Shown here in pieces: positions 1 through 10,238 of a DNA stretch of 64,000 nucleotides. The position numbers and the translations under genes were made by a program. The notes beneath the pieces are model-generated. The model made no database searches and was not told where the DNA came from. It saw only the letters and a program-made list of their open reading frames with translations. Position 1 is the stretch's first letter, and the number at the start of each line of letters is the position of its first letter. Origin of the DNA: an uncultured Gemmatimonadales bacterium (lineage in GTDB: Bacteria; Gemmatimonadota; Gemmatimonadetes; Gemmatimonadales; Gemmatimonadaceae); contig CAWBZV010000003.1 in assembly GCA_963793305.1 (NCBI GenBank), positions 256,001 to 320,000 on the forward strand. The letters are read 5' to 3'.

Positions 1-2
1 AG

Positions 3-425
3 AACTACTGGCGCTCGCCGACCGCCGAGAACCGCAACGCGCTGCGCGGTTTCCTTAAGCCGAATGCCACCCAGTGGCAGTACTCGCATGGCGTGGGCGA
101 CGCCTCGCGCCTGGCGCCCGAGGCATGGACGCTCGACTCGGCCCTTCTCGCGCGGCCGGGAAACGATGAGATCCAGCTCGACCTCTTTCTCGACTACGCG
201 TCGAACGTCGCGCTCTACCCGAAGTTCCAGGAGTATCTGCGCACGAACCAGCCGCCCTTGCTCGCGACCTGGGGGAAGAACGACCCGTTCTTTCTTCCCG
301 CTGGGGCCGAGGCATTCAAGCGGGATGTCCCGAAGGCCCAGGTGCAGTTCTTCGATACCGGACACTTCGCGCTCGAGACGCACGCTACCGAGATCGCCGC
401 CGCGATCAAGGGCTTCCTGAACTAA
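3..425 (+). CDS. alpha/beta hydrolase (epoxide hydrolase-like), 5'-truncated by the window edge
   Basis: Frame is open from base 3; C-terminal WGKNDPFF and DTGHFALE (catalytic His) motifs. Confidence 0.8.
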   Translation, partial: NYWRSPTAENRNALRGFLKPNATQWQYSHGVGDASRLAPEAWTLDSALLARPGNDEIQLDLFLDYASNVALYPKFQEYLRTNQPPLLATWGKNDPFFLPAGAEAFKRDVPKAQVQFFDTGHFALETHATEIAAAIKGFLN

Positions 426-1805
426 ACGTTCTTGACCTCGCTCACCAACTTGGTGAGCGAGGCTTTCGCGTCCCCAAAGAGCATGCTCGTCTTTGGATCA
501 TAGAACAACTCGTTCTCGATCCCCGCGAATCCGGGATTCATGCTGCGCTTCATGACGATCACGCTGCGGGCGCGATCGACGTTCAATATCGGCATCCCGT
601 AGATCGGACTCCCGGGATCCGTGCGCGCGGCTGGATTCACCACGTCATTCGCCCCGATCACCAGCACGACATCGGTCTTGTCGAACTCGCCGTTGATCTG
701 CTCCATGTCGTAGAGCCGGTCATACGGGACGTTCGGCCTCGGCCAGCAGCACGTTCATGTGCCCGGGCATGCGCCCCGCGACGGGATGTATCGCGTACTT
801 AACGTCCCCACCGCGATGCTCGATCAGCTCGGCCAACTCGCGGACGACGTGCTGCGACTGGGCGACCGCCATGCCGTACCCGGGCACGATGATCACGCGC
901 CCGGCGTAGGCGAGACGGAGCGCCGCGTCCTCGGCCGAGACCGGCGTGTACGATTGACCCGTGGCGAGCGTCTTCGTCGTTGTCACGACGCTGCCGAACG
1001 CGCCGAACAACACGTTCGAGAACGACCGGTTCATCGCCTTGCTCATGAGGATCGAGAGCAAGAACCCCGACGCGCCGTCGAGCGCGCCGGCGATGATCAA
1101 CACGTTGTTGCCGATCGCGAACCCGGTCGCGGCTGACGCGAGGCCGGCGTACGAGTTGAGCAGCGACACGACCACCGGCATGTCCGCGCCGCCAATGGGC
1201 AGTACCATCGACATGCCGATCACGAGCCCCAGGGCGATCATCCCGTAGAAAAACATCGTCTGGTCCGGCCGTGCGATCAGATAGATGAAGATGCCGAACG
1301 TGAGCGCGAAGAGCGTGAGGTTGAACGCGTTCTGTCCGCGGAACGTGATCGGTCGCCCGGGCATGAGCTCGGCCAACTTGAGCGTCGCCATCAAGCTGCC
1401 GGTGATCGTCAGCGACCCGAACATCACCTCGAAGCCGAGCGCCGTCATCTCACCGTGGCTGAGGATACCGCCCGAGTTGTAGTACGTGGCCACGCCGACC
1501 AGTGTCGCGGCGACCGCGCCGAACATGTGCGAGATCGCGATCCGTTGCGGCATCGCGGTCATGGGCACGAACATGCCCAGGGGGTACCCGATGAGCGTGC
1601 CGAGCGCGAGACCGGCCACGATCCATTGGTACTCGACGATCTCGTGCTTGACTAGCGTGCCGACGATGGCCAGGACCATCCCGATCGCCGCTTGCTGCAT
1701 ACCCCGCCGCGCAAACTCGGGCCGCGTGAGGCTGCGGAGCCCGAGGATGAACATGACGGACGCGGCGAGGTACGTCGCCTCGATGAAGATGTCGCGGACC
1801 GGCAT
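422..1805 (-). CDS. pntB: NAD(P) transhydrogenase beta subunit (one +1 frameshift at ~728-734)
   Basis: [26 protein letters not shown] and [10 protein letters not shown] motifs are split across ORFs 720..1805 and 422..706; removing one base gives LLAEADVPYD. Confidence 0.93.
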
Positions 1806-1808
1806 CGG

Positions 1809-2132
1809 CTAGGGCTTTGGCGGCTGTTGGCCGTCGACGGTGACTGCCGGCGCCTTCGGCACGCGCTTGAACATCTTGAGCATGCGATCCGTGATCAGAA
1901 ACCCGCCGACGACGTTGATCGTGGCCGAGGTCACCGCGATGAACCCCAGGATGGTGCTCACGGGCGTCTCGTGCGCGCCCGCGGCGACCAGTGACCCGAC
2001 GAGCGAGATCCCGGAGATCGCGTTCGTCGCCGACATGAGCGGCGTGTGCAGCAATGGTGGTACGCGAGTAATGACCTGGTAGCCGACGAATGCGGCCAGC
2101 ACGAACACATACAGTTCGGTAAACGCTATCAC
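1809..2132 (-). CDS. pntAb: NAD(P) transhydrogenase alpha subunit, membrane part
   Basis: LHTPLMSATNAISG and GGFLITDRMLKMF motifs. Confidence 0.93.
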   Translation of the reverse strand: MIAFTELYVFVLAAFVGYQVITRVPPLLHTPLMSATNAISGISLVGSLVAAGAHETPVSTILGFIAVTSATINVVGGFLITDRMLKMFKRVPKAPAVTVDGQQPPKP

Positions 2133-3217
2133 TTGATCGCTCCGTTGTGCGCAATCAGCATGGCCTTGGTGATCGCATCTTCGGGATCGAGCTTCAACTC
2201 TCCGTCTTTGATAAGGGCGCCAAGCAGCGTCGCGATGTTCTTGCTGAACATGAGACTCGCGTGCTGCGGCACCGTCGCCGGCAGATTCACGGCGCCGATG
2301 ATGCGCACGCCGTTCGACTCGACCGTCTCACCCGCTCTCGTCAGCTCGCAGTTCCCGCCGGTTTCGGCGGCCAGGTCGACAATGACCGAACCCGGCTTCA
2401 TGGCCGCGACCATCTCTTTCGTTATCAGGCGCGGCGCGGGTTTCCCCGGGATTTGCGCGGTGGTAATCACAACGTCGACCGTGGGCACATGCGCCGCGAG
2501 CGTAGCGAGCGTGCGCGATTGCTCATCGTCGGTCTGCGCGCGTGCGTAGCCGCCGGCCGCCTCGGCCGAAGCCGTGACGGTGTCGGACGCGACGAACGTG
2601 GCGCCGAGCGAGAGTACCTGCTCGCGCGCAGCGGGCCGGACGTCGAACGCGCTGACGACCGCGCCGAGTCGCCGAGCGGTCGCGATGGCCTGGAGGCCGG
2701 CGACGCCGGCGCCGATCACGAAGACCTTCGAGGGAATGAGCGAGCCGGCAGCGGTGGTCATCATCGGGAAGAGCTTCCCGAGCTCGTTCGCCGCGACCAA
2801 TACGGCCTTGTAGCCGGCAACCGTCGCCTGCGACGACAGCACGTCCATCGACTGCGCTCGCGTAATGCGCGGGACGCGCTCCAACGCGAGCGCCGTCACG
2901 GGGCGATTGCCTAAGTACGCCTCCGGTCCGGTGCCGAAGAGGCTGATCAGCACGACCCCGCTCGGCATCGCGTCGAGCTCGGCCTGGCTGGGTCGCAGCA
3001 CTTTGACCACGACCTGGGCGTCGCTGAGCGGGGCCGTGACCAGCGAGGCCCCAGCCGCTTCGTAGGCATCATCAGGATACGTCGCCGCCACCCCGGCGCC
3101 CCGCTCGACGCGCACCGTCGCGCCAATCTTGACTAGAGCCCTCACGCCATCCGGCACGAGGGCCACTCTTCGCTCGCCGGGCGCGGTCTCCTTGGGAACG
3201 GTCACCGTGATGGCCAT
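2129..3217 (-). CDS. pntAa: NAD(P) transhydrogenase alpha subunit, soluble NAD(H)-binding part
   Basis: ERRVALVP, RITRAQSMDVLSSQ, GAGVAGLQA and GGNCE motifs. Confidence 0.95.
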   Translation of the reverse strand: MAITVTVPKETAPGERRVALVPDGVRALVKIGATVRVERGAGVAATYPDDAYEAAGASLVTAPLSDAQVVVKVLRPSQAELDAMPSGVVLISLFGTGPEAYLGNRPVTALALERVPRITRAQSMDVLSSQATVAGYKAVLVAANELGKLFPMMTTAAGSLIPSKVFVIGAGVAGLQAIATARRLGAVVSAFDVRPAAREQVLSLGATFVASDTVTASAEAAGGYARAQTDDEQSRTLATLAAHVPTVDVVITTAQIPGKPAPRLITKEMVAAMKPGSVIVDLAAETGGNCELTRAGETVESNGVRIIGAVNLPATVPQHASLMFSKNIATLLGALIKDGELKLDPEDAITKAMLIAHNGAIK

Positions 3218-3226
3218 GGGCCTATC

Positions 3227-4108
3227 TTACCGCTTGTCGAGCCAGTCGGCGACGTTGCCGATGACGATATCCCGGCCGACATCGACCGTGATGATGTGCG
3301 TGCCCTTGTCGACCCACACCAGTTCTTTCTCCGAGCTGCCTAGCCGCGCGAACGCCGCCTCGGCGGCTTCTGGCGCGATCCTGTTGTCGTGATGTGACTG
3401 GATAAACAGGACCGGAGCACGGACTTTTGGTTCCGCGGCCTGCGCCAGAACCACGATGCGACGCAGCTCGGCGACCAGCCGTGGGGTCACAGCGCCATAC
3501 GCGAGATTCCGTTCCGCCTCGACAGGATCGGTAATCGACCGCACCCCGCCTCCCACCATGTAGCGCACGCCGATGCCGAGCACTGGGGCTGCCATCGCGA
3601 TCAGCGCCAACCAGCGCGGCATCGCCAAATACGGCGCTATCAGTACTAACGCTGGTAGATCGGGCGATTCCGCCGCCAAGATGGTCGCGAGTGCGCCGCC
3701 CATAGACACACCGAGCACAACGGTATGGTCGCTCTTGGCTCTCAAACTCGAATACTCTTCGCGAACCGCCGCCATCCAGTCGGCCGCTCTCGTTTTAGCA
3801 AACTCTGCTATAGTCCGCCCATGCCCAGGCAACAGCGGCGCCCGTACAAACCACCCTCGCGCCGCGAGCGCTTCCGCGAGATAGCGCACGGTTTGGGGCG
3901 TATCTCCGAACCCATGTAGAGCCAGCACAGCGCCACGATGCTGCGATCCAGGCGCCGGTGCGATCTCAAAAGACTCGGCCCCGACGACGATGCCGTCGGC
4001 CCCACGCGGATGCTGCGCGTCGATCGCGCGCGCGAGTCGCCATCCCGCCACTTCGCGCAGAGCGGCCACGCCCGCGAAAAGGGCGGTGACGATAACGAGA
4101 GGGAGCAT
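3227..4108 (-). CDS. alpha/beta-fold carboxylesterase/lipase
   Basis: LHGFG oxyanion motif, GVSMGG nucleophile elbow, C-terminal His; hydrophobic N-terminus. Confidence 0.85.
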   Translation of the reverse strand: MLPLVIVTALFAGVAALREVAGWRLARAIDAQHPRGADGIVVGAESFEIAPAPGSQHRGAVLALHGFGDTPQTVRYLAEALAARGWFVRAPLLPGHGRTIAEFAKTRAADWMAAVREEYSSLRAKSDHTVVLGVSMGGALATILAAESPDLPALVLIAPYLAMPRWLALIAMAAPVLGIGVRYMVGGGVRSITDPVEAERNLAYGAVTPRLVAELRRIVVLAQAAEPKVRAPVLFIQSHHDNRIAPEAAEAAFARLGSSEKELVWVDKGTHIITVDVGRDIVIGNVADWLDKR

Positions 4109-4144
4109 ATGAGACGGCGCAATATACGCCGCCTCAGAAGGGCT

Positions 4145-4873
4145 CTAAGCGGCTGGCACCGGGCGATGCGGTTCTTTGACGATGTCCCCGATGACGCGCG
4201 GCGACTCCTGGGACCGCGCGACGAGATCCGACACGGACGGGATCACGATCGTCCCGTTGATCCGCTCAGCGAGCCCATCCGATACGAGCTTCGCGATAAC
4301 GAGCGATACCGACTCGCGCGTCGCCCCGACGAGCTCGCAAAGGACCCGGTTCTGGGCCACGTCCAGAATGATCTGACCGTCTGAATCCATGAACATTTTC
4401 TGCCGCCCCAGCCGACTCAGTACAGCGACCAATCGCTGCTCAACGGAGAGCGTCGCCAGCTCCCGCATCTTGTCGAGCAGCGTAGCGTGCTCAGCCATAA
4501 CCTGGCCGACCAACGCAAATGCCTGCGGCGGATGTTCCCGGACGAACTCTCGGAACCGAACCCCGTTGAGATAGAGCGTCTCGCTCTCATCGTCGGCCTT
4601 GGCGTCTGTAACGTAAGTGGCGCCAGTCCTTGATGTTGCGGCAAGCCCTTCGCCGCCGAACGTGCCACCAGCCATCGCCACGGCGGGGATGAATCCGCGG
4701 CCGGCCTTTACCCGGGTCCGGAGTATGACACGGCCCTTGAGTACTACAAACAGCCCCTCTGCCTCAGTCCCACGCTGGTAAATGTCAAACCCTGCTGGCC
4801 ATGTCGCCCTTGCGCCGTACCCGCTCGCGACGGCCATCTGTTCGGCGGTCAACCGGGCGGTCTCGTAGTGCAC
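4145..4873 (-). CDS. Crp/Fnr family transcriptional regulator
   Basis: cNMP-binding fold (GLFVVLKGRV, FGGEG) and HTH VGATRESVS; GTG start chosen after an AAGGA RBS. Confidence 0.85.
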   Translation of the reverse strand: MHYETARLTAEQMAVASGYGARATWPAGFDIYQRGTEAEGLFVVLKGRVILRTRVKAGRGFIPAVAMAGGTFGGEGLAATSRTGATYVTDAKADDESETLYLNGVRFREFVREHPPQAFALVGQVMAEHATLLDKMRELATLSVEQRLVAVLSRLGRQKMFMDSDGQIILDVAQNRVLCELVGATRESVSLVIAKLVSDGLAERINGTIVIPSVSDLVARSQESPRVIGDIVKEPHRPVPAA

Positions 4874-4970
4874 TGGTCGTCCTTTTTGTTTAGGTGCAAA
4901 GGCCTCCTGTCGCAATGTCCGGGCCGTCTGGACTTCTGCTGTCGAGTCAGCTTCATTTAATAATACCAAC

Positions 4971-6871
4971 ATGGAGCCGACGCCCCCGCCGTCTCGGCCA
5001 TCGTTCGCGCTGCTTGGTGCCGATGCTTTCCTGGCCGCGCGCCCAGCTACGCCCGTGCAGCTTATGCATGCCTGCACGCGCGGGGGATATGACGCGGCGA
5101 TACCCGCGACGTGGGGCGATGAGATCATCGCCGAGCGGTGCATCGAGCGCTTGGCGGAGCGGACGCTGGGACCCGCCGTCTTCTGCACCTGCTCGTATGT
5201 GCGCGACCGGTTACTGGCCCCAGGTCCAGACCTGGCGCCCTATCTACTCTCCTTCGTCGCGCCGCCCGTGGCGGCCGCCCGGTACCTGCGGCAGCTCTAT
5301 GCGGGGCGACCCATCGACATCACGTACGTCGGCGCGTGTCCATCGGCCGACGACGAAGCGATTGATCGGCAGGTCGCGGCCAAGGCGTTCTTCGCCGAGT
5401 TGCGCGGCCAAGGGATCATCCTATCGCAGCAGCCAACGGTCTTCAACTCGATGTTCGCGCCCGACCGGCGGCGCTGTCTCTCGCAGCCAGGCGGGTTGCC
5501 CACGCCTCAGTTGCTCGAGCGTCAGAGCATGCCGCGCGAGCTCGTGGAGGTCGCGGGGTTCGAGTACGCGGCGGAGTTGGCCCAGCATCTCATCCTGAGC
5601 GAGCCGGTGCTGATCGACCTGGCCACTCGCTCGGGCTGCGCGTGCAGTGGCGCCGCCGTCGGCATTCCGCCGACCGAAGCCCGGAGCTCCGTCGTCGCGC
5701 TCGAGCCTCCTCGCTCGGCCCAGCCCATCGTCGAGCACGACGTTCGAGGTTCTGGTCGACCTGCCGATCCCGGTGCCGAGCGCCGATCGCGGCCCGCCGC
5801 CGCCGCGCGACGACGCGCCGCCGCCGCGTGTACCGGTCGCCAACGACTTTCCAGATTGGCCATCGCCGAGGGCGGAGCTGGCCGACATGCCCACGAAGCC
5901 GGCGGACGTCCCGCGAGCGGCGAAGCCCGAGGTGGAAGTCGAGCTCGAATTTCGCGCGGCACCCGTCAGCGACGTGGCGTGGCAGGAGCCCCGAGTCGAG
6001 CCGCGAGCCGAGCCGAGACTCGAGCTGCGCACCGAGACCCAGCCGTTCGGCATGAACTTCGAGATGCAGTTCGACCGCGCATTCCGCTCGGCGTTCACAT
6101 CGGTACCGCTATCGCTGCCGATCCCACGCCTGCCGTCGACGGAGTCGTTCGGCTTCCCGCTGTTCGACCGCGAGGTTTCCCTGGTCGCGACGCTCGATGC
6201 GCCAGCGGACGCGTCTCGTCGCCGGAACCAGATGCCACGCACGCGCAGCGCCCAGGGCCGCACGCTACCGCGCGCCTACGTCGCCCACCGCGCGGGCTCC
6301 CCGCCGACCGGCGAGCTGGTCGTCCGCACGCTCCGCGCACCGTTGGCCAAGATCGCGCCCGAGCCTACGCCACCCGTCGTTCGCGTGTCGACACCGACGG
6401 TCCGCGCCACCGTGAGGCCGCCCGAGCACATGCCGCTCTTCTCGGCGTTCGCCGCCAGCGGCGTCCTCTCGGCAGCCACGGAAGGCGACACGTCACTGAC
6501 GCGCGACACGCTCCGCGCTGGCGCTGAGCTGCGAGCCGAGCTGAGGGCCGAGCCGGCGGCGATGCCGGTGCCGGTCGCCGAGCGTCCGGTCGCCGATCGA
6601 GCCGTGCCGCTGCAGCGGACGGTCGAAGCCCCGGTGCGGCGTCGAAGCACACCGGTGGCGCGCACTCGCGTCGTCCGCCCACCGCGCGGACTGGCGCTGA
6701 TCGGCCACTGGCTCCGCCGAGATGCGCTTACGTCACCTGGCGCTGATCATCATCGGCCTCATCACGATCGCGCTCGCCGTCGCGTTCGCGCTCGGCTACC
6801 TCCCCGAGCCCGGAGTCGCCACGGGCCCGGCGCCGATGCCAACAGTCCACCCGACTACGCCCCCGGCTTAG
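4971..6871 (+). CDS. degenerate [FeFe]-hydrogenase large-subunit-C-like domain + Pro-rich linker + C-terminal TM helix (two +1 frameshifts, ~5742 and ~6729)
   Basis: N-terminal motifs AVFCTCSYV, TYVGACPSA and SGCACSG; joining three frames ends in LALIIIGLITIALAVAFALG...TAG at 6871. Confidence 0.6.
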
Positions 6872-8984
6872 CCCGTAACGCCGTCCCGGCGTCGTTGAGT
6901 GCCTGCGCCGCGGCGTTGAACCGCGCGGCGAGATCGGCGATCTCGCGAGTGACGAGCGCTTGATCTCCTGACCGGATGGCTTCGGTCACCGACGGAAACA
7001 GGACGTTCGCGTAGCCGTTATTCTCGTCGGCCGCGAAGATGAGATTGCGGAACCAGGGACGGGTGCGCAGCCCTTCCGGCCGCGTCAGCGCGCGCTCGAC
7101 CCGCAAGAGCGCAAGATTCACACTCTCGGGTACGGCCCCGTGGCCCAGCGCGTCATCGCGGCTCGTCGCGAACGCCCGCGCCGCGTGCTCGAAGTTGTCG
7201 ATGCTCGCGTTGATCGGATCGAGCGCCACGGTCATGCCCTTGGCGTTCGCCGCGCGAGTGAGCGACGCGACGTTGCCCCGCATCGTCGTGGCGTACTCGA
7301 CGTAATCGTACGGCAGCACGTCGGCATTCGCGACGCGCAGGAGCATGGCCGCCGCGATCCGCGCCGCCGCCGCGTGCCGCACATACCCCGGATCCCCGAA
7401 CCGGGTCATCCACAGGTAGTCGTCGTACGCCGAGTGATACACACCGGTCGGTCCACCGAAGCCCCAGTCCATGATGGGCACGCCGAGGTGATTGTAGAAT
7501 CCGGCGAAGTCAGACCCGCCACCGGGGTCCCCGAACTTGGGTCCGGTACTATCCGCCCCGCGCCGCCAACTGTCGTACACGGTGCCCGAGTCGGGTGCGG
7601 GAGAGGGCACTTCGCGAAGCACCGATCGCAGCGTCTCACGCAGCGACGGCGATCCCGTCGCGCCGAAATTCGGGCCGGCGGCGGCGACGTCGAGGTTGAT
7701 GTACATGACGGCCCCGCGCGCGATCCGCAGGGAATCGTCCTCGACGTACTCCGTCGACCCGATGAGCCCCCACTCCTCGGCGTCCCATGTCGCGAACACG
7801 ATCGTCCGCTTCGGCCGATGCCCGGCTTTGACTTCGGCCGCGACAGCCCGCGCGGCCTCGAGGATCGCGGTCGTACCGCTCACGTTGTCCGCGGTCCCGG
7901 GACCCCAGGCATCGCGGTGGCCACCGATGATCACCATCTCGTCGGGATACGTCGTGCCGCGCACGATGCCGAACGTGTCCCAGATGGTCTTGTAGGCCGC
8001 GGTGCCCGTGTCTATGGTGACCGCGACGCGGGCCGTCACCGGTCCCGGCCCGACGTGATACCGGAACGGCAGACCGCCTTGCCACGACGCTGGCAACTCG
8101 GGATCGCGGGCGACGCAGATCGCGAGCCCCACACCGACGCACGGCGCGCCACGATCGTGAACACCGCGCAGCAACTCGGCCGCGTTGCGATACGAGATCG
8201 GCACGACGGGAATGCGCGGGATCGCCATCTGGGCGATCGGGAGCCGCTTGGCGCCAGCGGTGCTCGGATAGCCTGGCGTCGACGGGTCGCCGTTGTCGTT
8301 CATGACGCTGCCGCGCTGGACGCCTTGCTCGGGGCGCATCGGGCCCGACGGGAACACGTCGCCTCTCGCGAAGCCATCATCGGCCGGGTCCGAGAAAATC
8401 AGCAGCGCGACCGCGCCGTGCTTCTCGGCCTCTCTCGCTTTGATGCCGCGGAAAGAATGCCCGTATCTGGCCAATACGACCTTGCCGGTCACCGACACGC
8501 CAATCGAGTCGAGATGCGCGTAATCCTCGATCAGCCCGTAGTTCACATAGACGACTTCACCGCTCACATCTCCCGCGGCGCCGTAGCCGTTGAACACGGG
8601 AATCTGAGGAAAGGCGCTTGACGTACTGTCCCCGGCCACCGGTCCTTCGGCGAGCGGCAACTCCATCTGGTCAGGCGACGTCCGCCAGACGTGAACCGAC
8701 GTCGGATACGGCATGTAGACGTTGTACGACCGGAACGATGTCTCGAGGCCGTACGATTTCATGCGCGCGATGACGTAATCCCGCGTGCGCGCCTGAGCCG
8801 GCGATCCGGCCATGTGCGGCTCGTGCGATAGCGTCCGCGAGATGGTGTCGGCGGTAGCCGGCGCCGGACGCCCGATCACGCTGGCTTCGAGCGCATGCTC
8901 GGTCGTTGCGTCGGCGGGCGTGTAACCGGGGAGTTGCGCGCCGGCGGGAATGGCGAGCAAAAGCAGGCTAAGCGTGCATCGCAT
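6855..8984 (-). CDS. M28 family peptidase (glutamate carboxypeptidase II-like; PA and TFR-dimer domains), secreted
   Basis: Signal peptide; GGHRDAW, DNVSG, WDAEEWGLIGSTE and YHSAYD motifs. Confidence 0.92.
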   Translation of the reverse strand: MRCTLSLLLLAIPAGAQLPGYTPADATTEHALEASVIGRPAPATADTISRTLSHEPHMAGSPAQARTRDYVIARMKSYGLETSFRSYNVYMPYPTSVHVWRTSPDQMELPLAEGPVAGDSTSSAFPQIPVFNGYGAAGDVSGEVVYVNYGLIEDYAHLDSIGVSVTGKVVLARYGHSFRGIKAREAEKHGAVALLIFSDPADDGFARGDVFPSGPMRPEQGVQRGSVMNDNGDPSTPGYPSTAGAKRLPIAQMAIPRIPVVPISYRNAAELLRGVHDRGAPCVGVGLAICVARDPELPASWQGGLPFRYHVGPGPVTARVAVTIDTGTAAYKTIWDTFGIVRGTTYPDEMVIIGGHRDAWGPGTADNVSGTTAILEAARAVAAEVKAGHRPKRTIVFATWDAEEWGLIGSTEYVEDDSLRIARGAVMYINLDVAAAGPNFGATGSPSLRETLRSVLREVPSPAPDSGTVYDSWRRGADSTGPKFGDPGGGSDFAGFYNHLGVPIMDWGFGGPTGVYHSAYDDYLWMTRFGDPGYVRHAAAARIAAAMLLRVANADVLPYDYVEYATTMRGNVASLTRAANAKGMTVALDPINASIDNFEHAARAFATSRDDALGHGAVPESVNLALLRVERALTRPEGLRTRPWFRNLIFAADENNGYANVLFPSVTEAIRSGDQALVTREIADLAARFNAAAQALNDAGTALRAKPGA

Positions 8985-9594
8985 CGCGCACCCCCGTGAT
9001 CACGAACTGCACCGCGACCGCGGCCAGAAGAAGTCCCATGAGGCGGGTGACGATGCGTATGCCGGTCCGGCCGAGCCGAGCCATCAGACGATCTCCGAGA
9101 CGGAGTGAGAGCCAACAAGCGAGCGAGGTGAGTGCGATGGAACCGTAGACCACGATGTTCTGCGAAGGGCCGCGCGCCTGTCCGGCGAGCACCATCACGG
9201 TCGAGATGGCGCCGGGACCCGCGAGCATGGGCACGGCGAGCGGCGTAATCGCGACGTTGTCCTTCTCTTGCCCCTCGACGATCTCGGCGGGCGTTTCCTG
9301 CGTCGTGCGTTGTCCGCGCAGCATGTCCATGGCCACGAGCCAGAGGATGAACCCGCCCGCAATGCGAAACGCGGGCAGCGTGATGCCGAATAACTGAAAG
9401 ATGTAACGTCCAGAGGCCGCGAAAACGCTGAGCAGGATGGCCGCCGCGAGGCAGGCGCGTCCCGCCGTGCGCGCCCGCTCGTCCGGGGTCTCGCCGCTCG
9501 TGATGACGAGATACGTCGGGATCACGGCGATCGGGTCGACGATGGCCAGAACTGACGTGAACGTGATGAGGGCGAACTGGAAGTACTCGCGCAC
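8968..9594 (-). CDS. MarC family integral membrane protein
   Basis: AIVDPIA, PLAVPMLAGPGAI and TRLMGLLL motifs. Confidence 0.92.
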   Translation of the reverse strand: MREYFQFALITFTSVLAIVDPIAVIPTYLVITSGETPDERARTAGRACLAAAILLSVFAASGRYIFQLFGITLPAFRIAGGFILWLVAMDMLRGQRTTQETPAEIVEGQEKDNVAITPLAVPMLAGPGAISTVMVLAGQARGPSQNIVVYGSIALTSLACWLSLRLGDRLMARLGRTGIRIVTRLMGLLLAAVAVQFVITGVRDAMHA

Positions 9595-9626
9595 GCGCGA
9601 AGTCTAGCGGCCAGCCGGTGCCGCGC

Positions 9627-10238
9627 CTACTCGTACTCGGCCAGCGCCGCGTCGATGGCCTGCCGCAGTCGCACGTCCCTGTCGGGGCCCTCCGCGATAC
9701 TGCTCACCAGGCGCGTAAACTGCCGGACCATCTCGTCAGCGACAAACCCGGGCGCATGTCCACGCGAGACGCCGAAGGCGTCGAGTGCAGTTTCGGCCAA
9801 GCGACGGAGCGCGTCGCGCGTGTCCGGATCGAGACCCTGCAGAACTGACGGGTCACGTGGTCGTGGCGCCGGCGTGCGGCGCCGGTTGCGACGCGGGGCG
9901 TCAACCAAGTCGCGGAGGGAACCCAAGCGAACGATAAACGCGCCCGCCGTATGCTCCCGCGCCTCGACAATGACGCCATGCCGCCGCAGCAGGGGAAGGA
10001 GCCGCACGATCGCCTCGCGGATGACCGGCACGCCATCCGTGCTCCCTTGACCACGTCCGGTGATGACCAGGACTTCCTCCCCGGGCACCGTCACCTGCCG
10101 CTCTCGCAACCACGCCTCGGCGCGCCGCACGGCATCGCCCCCGCTCGGCAGGCCTTCGCGCAGGTTGAGCGTGCGCTGAGGCCCGAACCGCGCCGCATCG
10201 AATGCGTGCTGGAGGCTACCGTCCGGCGGCTGCGACAA
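9627..10238 (-). CDS. Smr domain-containing protein
   Basis: TLNLR...EVLVITGRG motif typical of Smr domains. Confidence 0.75.
   Translation of the reverse strand: MSQPPDGSLQHAFDAARFGPQRTLNLREGLPSGGDAVRRAEAWLRERQVTVPGEEVLVITGRGQGSTDGVPVIREAIVRLLPLLRRHGVIVEAREHTAGAFIVRLGSLRDLVDAPRRNRRRTPAPRPRDPSVLQGLDPDTRDALRRLAETALDAFGVSRGHAPGFVADEMVRQFTRLVSSIAEGPDRDVRLRQAIDAALAEYE

Noticed and set aside
8100..8165. Possible insertion in the M28 peptidase (HDRGAPCVGVGLAICVARD)
   Set aside because: No similarity to the palindromic repeat; cannot be shown to be an insertion without an alignment.
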